Shown piece after piece: positions 57,558 through 64,000 of a DNA stretch of 64,000 bases. The notes below the pieces were generated by a model that ran no database searches, was not told the DNA's origin, and saw nothing but the letters and a program-made list of their open reading frames with translations. The position numbers and the translations under genes were made by a program. The stretch spans positions 192,001-256,000 of the forward strand of contig JBGPGO010000001.1 of NCBI GenBank assembly GCA_041483895.1, given 5' to 3'. This DNA is from Fimbriimonadia bacterium (GTDB taxonomy: Bacteria; Armatimonadota; Fimbriimonadia; Fimbriimonadales; JABRVX01). The stretch's first letter is position 1; every line of letters begins with the position of its first letter.

Positions 57558-58629
57558 GCCGTGTCCTTAACGCCTTAATCGGCCCCTCATCAATTGCACG
57601 CAAGAGTTTGCCCAGGTATTCCGTCATGTCCGGCCCTTCCGGCGCCTCCCGATCGAAAAAGTGATGCGCGCCGATCTCGCGCGCCGTCGGCTCCGGTATG
57701 TCATCCGGCAACGCGACATCGAGCCATTCCGCGCACGCCAGCGTCCAAATTCGCGGAACCGTCGTCAGATTGTATCCTCCACCGCCGACGGCAACGGTCG
57801 GCAATCCGAAGCTCTTGATCAATTTAACACCTTCCAGCCATCCCTGCGCAGTTAGCTGGAGGTTGCCGAGCGGATCCAAAAAATGCGCGTCCGCGCCCAT
57901 CTGCAAAACGACCGCTTCGGGCCGAAACAGATCGAACGCTTTCCGTACCGTGGGCTCCAATGCCGAGAGCCAATATCGATCCGTTGTGGCGGGAGGAAGC
58001 GGAATATTAATCGACGTCCCGGCGGCATCGCCCTCGCCCATCTCGCGCACAGACCCGGTACCGGGAAACAGCGTCCGACCGTCCTGATGAACAGAGACTG
58101 TCAGCACCGTGGGATCGTCATAGAATAGCCACTGCACACCATCGCCGTGATGCAAATCTATATCGACGTATGCGACTCTTTGAAAGCGATCTCTGAGGAT
58201 GGAGCAAGCGATGGCAGGGTCGTTGAAGATGCAGAACCCGCTGACGCGATCTCGCAGCGCATGATGCAGGCCGCCGCTGATGTTTATCGCGACTGGTGCT
58301 CCCTCCAGCACCGCATAGGATGCCGCAATTGTCGCCCCGGTATAGGCAATCGATGCCTCATACATGCCGGCAAAGGCCGGGTTGTCGCCGGGCCCAAAGC
58401 CGAAGTCGCCACTGCCGGATTGCACGGCGGCGATGTATTCCGGTGAATGAATACGCAGGAGGTCGGTGACGGCCGCCGGTTCGGGCTGCTCGACGGGAGT
58501 ATTCTCGAAAAGCCCAACCGCTTGCATCAGTTTTAGCGTTCGCTGCAGTCGCTGCGGCTTCAGCGGATGATGAAGCCCGAAATCATACTCAAACGCGCCC
58601 GGATGGAAAAAGAAGCGCAGCCGGCTCAC
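57550..58629 (-). CDS. acuC: AcuC/histone-deacetylase-family deacetylase
   Basis: HPLKP.R, GGLHHA, GFCIFND, DIDLHHGDG, GADAH..DPL, GGGGY. Confidence 0.88.
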   Translation of the reverse strand: MSRLRFFFHPGAFEYDFGLHHPLKPQRLQRTLKLMQAVGLFENTPVEQPEPAAVTDLLRIHSPEYIAAVQSGSGDFGFGPGDNPAFAGMYEASIAYTGATIAASYAVLEGAPVAINISGGLHHALRDRVSGFCIFNDPAIACSILRDRFQRVAYVDIDLHHGDGVQWLFYDDPTVLTVSVHQDGRTLFPGTGSVREMGEGDAAGTSINIPLPPATTDRYWLSALEPTVRKAFDLFRPEAVVLQMGADAHFLDPLGNLQLTAQGWLEGVKLIKSFGLPTVAVGGGGYNLTTVPRIWTLACAEWLDVALPDDIPEPTAREIGAHHFFDREAPEGPDMTEYLGKLLRAIDEGPIKALRTRHG

Positions 58630-59504
58630 AACTTTCCGAACTGCTGCAATGCTTTCCGGACCAGGTCGCGCTGCTCGTTAGTGAGCGGCACCATCGGCAA
58701 ACGCAGCGGGCCGACATCAAATCCTATCATTCCCATCGCCTCTTTGATTGGCACGGGATTCACCGTGCAGAACAGCGCGCGGATCAAAGGGTTCATTCGC
58801 TTGTGCAGTTCAATCGCCTGCGCGTTTCGGCCTGCGAGGAAATGGTCCAGCATTGTGGAAATCTCGCGCCCGGCGACGTGGGCGATGACGCTCACTATGC
58901 CATATCCTCCGACCGCCATAAGCGGCAAAGTCAGTGCGTCATCTCCGCTATAGACGCGGAACCCCTCCGGCATCTGCTCGCAAACTTCGGAGATTTGTGA
59001 TATGCTTCCGCTGGCTTCTTTTACGGCAACGATGTTGCCAATCTCGGCCATCCGCAGCAGCGTCACAGTCTCGATGTTGACCGCCGTCCGGCCCTGTATG
59101 TTATAAATAATAATCGGAAGCCGGGTCTTTGCGGCCACGGCGGCAAAGTGCTGATACAGACCCTCTTGCGACGGCTTGTTGTAATACGGCGACACCAACA
59201 TCGCCCCGTCCATCCCGCGCTCCTCGGCCTCCATAGTGAGCTGGATCGATTCCTGCGTGTTGTTGGATCCGGTGCCCGCGACCACGGCGCCCCGGTCGCC
59301 TATCGCTTCCTTGACGACCTCGAAACACCGCAGCTTTTCGTCGTGTGTGAGCGTCGGCGATTCCCCGGTGGTGCCGGCGACAACCACGCCGGTCGTGCCC
59401 GTGTCCACCAAATGATTCGCGATCCGCGCCAGCTCTTTGAAGTTCACTCCCGTCGAATCGAAGGGCGTGATGATGGCGGTCAGCAGTCGGCCCCAGTCCT
59501 TCAT
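58626..59504 (-). CDS. dapA: 4-hydroxy-tetrahydrodipicolinate synthase
   Basis: GTTGES, PYYNKP, YNI.GRT, VKEASG, SGDD, NPVPIK. Confidence 0.96.
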   Translation of the reverse strand: MKDWGRLLTAIITPFDSTGVNFKELARIANHLVDTGTTGVVVAGTTGESPTLTHDEKLRCFEVVKEAIGDRGAVVAGTGSNNTQESIQLTMEAEERGMDGAMLVSPYYNKPSQEGLYQHFAAVAAKTRLPIIIYNIQGRTAVNIETVTLLRMAEIGNIVAVKEASGSISQISEVCEQMPEGFRVYSGDDALTLPLMAVGGYGIVSVIAHVAGREISTMLDHFLAGRNAQAIELHKRMNPLIRALFCTVNPVPIKEAMGMIGFDVGPLRLPMVPLTNEQRDLVRKALQQFGKL

Positions 59505-60520
59505 ACCAGGCTCCTTTCCCGTACAAACTTGATCATCTCTTCGGCGATTTGGATGCTGTTGAGGGCGGCGCCTTTCCGCAGCTGATCCCCGGAAATTAGC
59601 AAGTTTAGTGCCCGAATGTTGTACAAATCCTTGCGAATTCTACCGACCAAGACATCGTCCGTCCCGCTCGCGTCGATGGGCATGGGAAACGTATTGTTGG
59701 CCCGGTCATCGATCACCCGCACGCCTGGAAAGCCATCGTAGGCCAGCCGAGCGGCCCCTTCCTCAATCTCCCGGTCGAAGATGATGTGAACGGATTCCGT
59801 ATGGGCGCGCAGGATCGGAACCCGAACGCATGTCGGCGTGACCTCTATCGATGGATCCGACAAGATCTTCTGCGTCTCGGCCACCACCTTTCGCTCCTCT
59901 TCGTTCAGCCCGGTTTCATCGATAGGGGTGTTGTGGCTGAATAGATTGAATGCGATCTGGTGCGGAAACTGGACCGGGATCGGTTTCTCGCCTTGCAGCA
60001 CCTGCTTCGTCTGGTCGATCAACTCCTGCATGGCCTTGGCCCCGGCCCCGCTTGCGGCCTGGTAAGTGGACACGATGACCCTCTGAATCTTGCCCAACTT
60101 TCGCAGGGGAGCGATGCCCATCACAAGCATGATTGCCGTGCAGTTGGGAACGGCGGCGATGGTGGTGTCAGCCGTCAGCGCGTCGGGATTGATCTCGGGC
60201 ACAACAAGCGGAACGTTTGCGTCCATTCGGAACGCGCTAGAGTTGTCGATCACCCGCGCGCCCGCCTCGACGGCAATCGGCGTAAACTGTTTCGACGTGC
60301 CGCTGCCGGCGGAAAAGAACACGATATCGAGGCTACGAAAACCGTCCGCAGACGGAACATCAACGACGCAGGATCGGCCACACGCCTCAATCACCCGGCC
60401 TTTAGATGCGGCCGACGCAAACAGCCGCAAATCCGATAGAGGAAACTTTCGTTCCTCCAGCAGCTTGATCAACTCCTCGCCAACGGCGCCGGTCGCCCCG
60501 ACAATTCCAACGTTAAACAT
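59501..60520 (-). CDS. asd: Aspartate-semialdehyde dehydrogenase
   Basis: VGATGAVG, DNSSAFRM, PNCT, TYQAASGAG, CVRVP..H, DQLRKGAA. Confidence 0.96.
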   Translation of the reverse strand: MFNVGIVGATGAVGEELIKLLEERKFPLSDLRLFASAASKGRVIEACGRSCVVDVPSADGFRSLDIVFFSAGSGTSKQFTPIAVEAGARVIDNSSAFRMDANVPLVVPEINPDALTADTTIAAVPNCTAIMLVMGIAPLRKLGKIQRVIVSTYQAASGAGAKAMQELIDQTKQVLQGEKPIPVQFPHQIAFNLFSHNTPIDETGLNEEERKVVAETQKILSDPSIEVTPTCVRVPILRAHTESVHIIFDREIEEGAARLAYDGFPGVRVIDDRANNTFPMPIDASGTDDVLVGRIRKDLYNIRALNLLISGDQLRKGAALNSIQIAEEMIKFVRERSLV

Positions 60521-60640
60521 ACGATCCAAGTATTGCTCCTCTCTTGATGCCAAGAAGGATACCCTGTCAAATGATCGTCGCCACAGACCAAAACAGTTAT
60601 TCAGGACTAGCCAACAGCCTCCGGGTGTACGGCCTTGATT

Positions 60641-60715
60641 TCAGCACCGAATCGACTGAAAACTGTCCAATTCCGCAAGTCGCAACAAGACGTTGGTGTC
60701 AACAATCCAGCGCAT
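60641..60715 (-). pseudogene. Truncated PIN/VapC toxin (24 codons)
   Basis: TGAATG coupling to the upstream gene; MRWIVDTNVLLRLAE then an early stop. Confidence 0.65.
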
Positions 60716-60943
60716 TCAATCGTCGCCTTCGTAAATGTCTTCTGCCTTCAACAATTTCATGATTCTTGGTTTCCCTGCCATGAGTTTTTGAACTAGCTCG
60801 CGCGCTGCATTCCATGCTGATTCGTCAAAATTCGACGCACGATTTCTGTCAATGACACGCACTTGGACGCGATGCCCCTTCAACTCGCTACCATGCCTTT
60901 CAGAAACTTCTTCCCATGTGCCTTCAATCAATCGCTCATCCAT
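60716..60943 (-). CDS. Small antitoxin-like protein
   Basis: Directly upstream of the PIN remnant; paralog of 19089..19316. Confidence 0.6.
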   Translation of the reverse strand: MDERLIEGTWEEVSERHGSELKGHRVQVRVIDRNRASNFDESAWNAARELVQKLMAGKPRIMKLLKAEDIYEGDD

Positions 60944-60997
60944 AGTTGCTAACCCCAATTCTCGATGATATCGCACGACAATAACGGCTGATTTGAC

Positions 60998-61789
60998 TCA
61001 TAATAGCGATTCTAGCCCGACCACGAGGCCCTTGACCTCCAGCACCTTCCGGATTGCCAGCAGAACCCCCGGCATGAAGCACTTTCGATCCATGGAATCG
61101 TGCCGGATCGTGAGCAGTTCCCCTGGCCCGCCGAACAGAACTTCCTGATGCGCTACCAGACCCGGCAGCCGAACGCTGTGGATTTTCACGCCCGAAAGCT
61201 CCGCCCCGCGCGCGCCTTCCAACGTCACCTTTTCCCGCGCGAACGAACGCGGCTTTGCCACCCGGCTCATCGAAAGCCGCTCCGCCGTCCGAGACGCCGT
61301 GCCGGAAGGCGCGTCCAGCTTGCCATCATGATGAAGCTCGATGATCTCGAAGTCCGGAAAATGCTTCGCCGCCTGCTCGGCGAACATCATCATTAGAATC
61401 GCGCCGATGGCAAAGTTTGGGACTAGGAGGCCGCCGATGCCCTGCTCCTCCAGCTCTTTCTTGATGATGCTCCGCTCCTGCGTCCCGTAGCCGCTGGTGC
61501 CGATGACGGGCCGAATTCCTCGGGTGGCCGCCGCCATCACCATGTTTGTCGACGCGCTGGCTATCGTAAAGTCAACCAAAACTTCGGGCCGAGTAGCGTC
61601 CAGCGTCTCGCCAATTCTGTCGTGAATGAGAATACCATTCGGTCCGCCGCCGCCGACGGTCCCACTGTCTTCGCCAACCCTCTCTCGGTCCACCGCCGCA
61701 ACCAGCTCCATATCCCGCTCGGAGCAGACCGCGCGCACGACCTCGCCGCCCATCCGCCCCGCGGCTCCGGCGACAGCCACCCGTATCAT
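60998..61789 (-). CDS. dapB: 4-hydroxy-tetrahydrodipicolinate reductase
   Basis: GAAGRMG, DFT, PNFAIG, ELHHDGKLDAPSGTA, HSVRLPG..AHQEV. Confidence 0.96.
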   Translation of the reverse strand: MIRVAVAGAAGRMGGEVVRAVCSERDMELVAAVDRERVGEDSGTVGGGGPNGILIHDRIGETLDATRPEVLVDFTIASASTNMVMAAATRGIRPVIGTSGYGTQERSIIKKELEEQGIGGLLVPNFAIGAILMMMFAEQAAKHFPDFEIIELHHDGKLDAPSGTASRTAERLSMSRVAKPRSFAREKVTLEGARGAELSGVKIHSVRLPGLVAHQEVLFGGPGELLTIRHDSMDRKCFMPGVLLAIRKVLEVKGLVVGLESLL

Positions 61790-63027
61790 GATTCGAACGG
61801 TCCTATGGTGGTCAGCGCCATTTTGTTGGGATTGAGGCAGACCTGCGCGATCCGGTGGATATCCGCCGTGGTGACGGCGTTTATTTTCTCCACGGTCTCC
61901 TCAATCGGGATGATGCGCTCAAAATAAAGCTCGTTTTTGGCCATGCGTGTCATGCGATTGCTCATCCCTTCGAGTCCTAGAACCATATTTCCCCGCAACT
62001 GGTTCTTGGCCTTCTCCACTTCATCCTCCGGCAGCGGCTCCTGGCAGAATTTATCCATCTCGATGCGGCTCAGCTCTTTGACCTGCTCGAAATTGCTCAT
62101 GCTGGTGCCGCCGTAAATCACGATAACGCCACCCTCCGCATAGGAGACAGCGTACGATCCAATCGCATAGACCAACCCGCGCTTCTCCCGAATCTCCTGG
62201 AACAGCCGGCTGCTCATGCTTCCGCCCAAAATCGTGTCCATCACCGCGATGGTGTACTTGTCGTCTTCGTGCTGACTAAATCCCGCGCCGCCGAGGCAGA
62301 AATGTACGCTCTCGATGTCCCGCGAGATTGTCATTGATTCTTTGTGAACGGTCGGCGCATGCGTTTTGATCATGTCGGATGTGCCATCTATCTGACCCAA
62401 CTGCGACTCCGCAAATCGCAAAATCATCTCCGGGTCGACATTGCCCGCCACGCTGATGACGATTCGATTCGGCGCGTACCGGCGATTCAGATACTTCAGA
62501 ATATCGTCTCTCCGAATGGCCGAAACGGACTCCGCGGTCCCGATGACCGGAAGCGCCAACGGATGCTCGCCCCACGCCGTCTGCATAAAAAGATCGTGTA
62601 CCAATTCCTCCGGCTGGTCTTCGTGACGCTTGATCTCTTCCAGCACGACCATCTCTTCCCGCTCCAGCTCTTCCGGGTCGTGCAGAGAGTTGAGAACCAT
62701 GTCGCTCAGCACATCGAGCGCATCCGCAACATCTTCGGACAGCACCCGCGCGTAGTAGCAGGTGAATTCCTTATCGGTGAAAGCGTTGAGCGATCCACCG
62801 CTGCTTTCGATCTCCTCCGCGATCTGCTTCGCGGTTCGGCTCTTGGTACCCTTGAACATCATGTGCTCGATCAGGTGCGAAATTCCCGCTTCGCTGGCGG
62901 TCTCGTACCGTGACCCGGTCCCGATCCAGAGCCCGATTGCGGCGGATTTCACATAATCCACCGGTTCCACCAGCACCCGCAACCCGTTCGATAGTCTCGT
63001 GTTGGAGATATTGTCGATGACCATCAC
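61786..63027 (-). CDS. M16-family zinc peptidase
   Basis: HLIEHMMFKGT (HxxEH), LNAFT, E..VVLEE, SSRLFQEIREKRGL.Y. Confidence 0.93.
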   Translation of the reverse strand: MMVIDNISNTRLSNGLRVLVEPVDYVKSAAIGLWIGTGSRYETASEAGISHLIEHMMFKGTKSRTAKQIAEEIESSGGSLNAFTDKEFTCYYARVLSEDVADALDVLSDMVLNSLHDPEELEREEMVVLEEIKRHEDQPEELVHDLFMQTAWGEHPLALPVIGTAESVSAIRRDDILKYLNRRYAPNRIVISVAGNVDPEMILRFAESQLGQIDGTSDMIKTHAPTVHKESMTISRDIESVHFCLGGAGFSQHEDDKYTIAVMDTILGGSMSSRLFQEIREKRGLVYAIGSYAVSYAEGGVIVIYGGTSMSNFEQVKELSRIEMDKFCQEPLPEDEVEKAKNQLRGNMVLGLEGMSNRMTRMAKNELYFERIIPIEETVEKINAVTTADIHRIAQVCLNPNKMALTTIGPFES

Positions 63028-63099
63028 GCCTCACTTTATACTGAGCGGTCGGCCGGCAAATACCGGCCGACCGCAATGATACTCGGACATTCTTCGAAG

Positions 63100-64000
63100 C
63101 TATCGCCTGGGTCGGAAGCGGGCGCCCGGAGAATCGTCGCCCTGCTCCTGTGTCGGCTCCTTGCTGGGTTCCGAAGGCGGCGGGGAATCTCTGCGCGGGG
63201 CCGGGCCCCGCGAATCGCTTCGTCCGCGCGGTGGTCCACCGCGCCGATCAGGTGGGCCGCCTCTGCCACGATCGCCGTAGCCGCCGCGGTCCCGATCGCC
63301 GTATCCGCCGCCACCTCGGTAGGGTGGCGGGCCACCACCACCGTTATTCTCGTCGCCCGGCCGATCCTGCAGCTCTTCCTTCGTCTGCGGCAAGCCCAAC
63401 GCCGAGAGGTTCAAGCGGCCAAGGTGGTCGATTTCGTCAATCTTCACCTTGATCGGATCGCCGACCTGCACCACATCTTCCGGTCGCCGAATTCGTCGCC
63501 GAACCAGCTTCTCGATGGGTACCAGGCCTTCGCGGCCGGGAAGGAACTCGACGAAGGCGCCGCGTCCCATCAATCGGGTCACCTTGCCGTCGTAGATTTC
63601 GCCGATCGTTGGATCGGTGGTCAGGTCGTGGATCATCTTCCGAGCCATCTCGCCCTTCTCGAAATCCGGCGCCGCGATGTAGACGCGTCCCGTCTGCTCG
63701 ATGTCGATTTCGGCGCCGGTCGTCGCGCAGATCTTTTGGATCACGCGGCCTCCGGGGCCGATGACTTCGCCGATGCGACTCGGGTCGATCTCCATAACGA
63801 AGATTCGAGGAGCGTACTGCGAGAGACTCTCTCTCGGAGCGGCGATTGACTTATCCAAACTGTCCAAGATGACCATGCGCGCATCGTTCGCCTGGGCGAG
63901 AGCCGCGCGTAGCAGCTCCACCGTCAGACCTCCGATTTTCGCGTCCAATTGCAGCGCGGTGATTCCGGCCCGTGTTCCCGCGATCTTGAAGTCCATGTCG
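63100..64000 (-). CDS. pnp: Polyribonucleotide nucleotidyltransferase (PNPase), 3' part
   Basis: DMDFKIAGT..GITALQLD, KH (IGEVIGPGG) and S1 (GAFVEFLPG) domains; runs off the right edge. Confidence 0.96.
   Translation of the reverse strand, partial: DMDFKIAGTRAGITALQLDAKIGGLTVELLRAALAQANDARMVILDSLDKSIAAPRESLSQYAPRIFVMEIDPSRIGEVIGPGGRVIQKICATTGAEIDIEQTGRVYIAAPDFEKGEMARKMIHDLTTDPTIGEIYDGKVTRLMGRGAFVEFLPGREGLVPIEKLVRRRIRRPEDVVQVGDPIKVKIDEIDHLGRLNLSALGLPQTKEELQDRPGDENNGGGGPPPYRGGGGYGDRDRGGYGDRGRGGPPDRRGGPPRGRSDSRGPAPRRDSPPPSEPSKEPTQEQGDDSPGARFRPRR

Noticed and set aside
63045..63074. 12-bp hairpin between pnp and the M16 peptidase as a terminator
   Set aside because: No U-tract on the coding strand; function unsupported

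Overview
Bacterial chromosomal window. The many PEP-CTERM proteins and dockerin-like C-terminal domains suggest an Armatimonadota-like organism (inference). Bases ~1-14408 look like the right part of a genomic island integrated at the 3' end of tRNA-Ala(TGC). It carries a beta-helix protein, an ECF sigma/anti-sigma pair and a truncated tyrosine recombinase with a 34-bp res/dif-like site. It also holds a complete type II CBASS operon with a SIR2-SAVED effector, and two tandem large serine recombinases, the first fused to two LuxR-type HTH domains. The rest is core genome (tRNA-Ile/Ala, UDG, HIT, serS, ECF sigma operon, deoB, icd, phhA, yggS, sepF, serC, dsbD, metH, ylxR-infB, radA, dapA/asd/dapB, pnp) mixed with secreted or surface proteins and toxin-antitoxin remnants. 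Non-coding highlights: (1) seven copies of a covarying palindromic element (CCCTnnACAAT-loop-ATTGTnnAGGG), some at gene-fragment junctions, with two bracketing an RHS fragment; (2) a conserved SD-sequestering leader on PEP-CTERM genes; (3) candidate operators at icd/phhA and at a radical SAM gene. Two apparent pseudo-enzymes are present: YggS lacking its PLP lysine and an HtrA-like protein lacking its catalytic triad. All calls come from motif recognition by eye; no searches were run.
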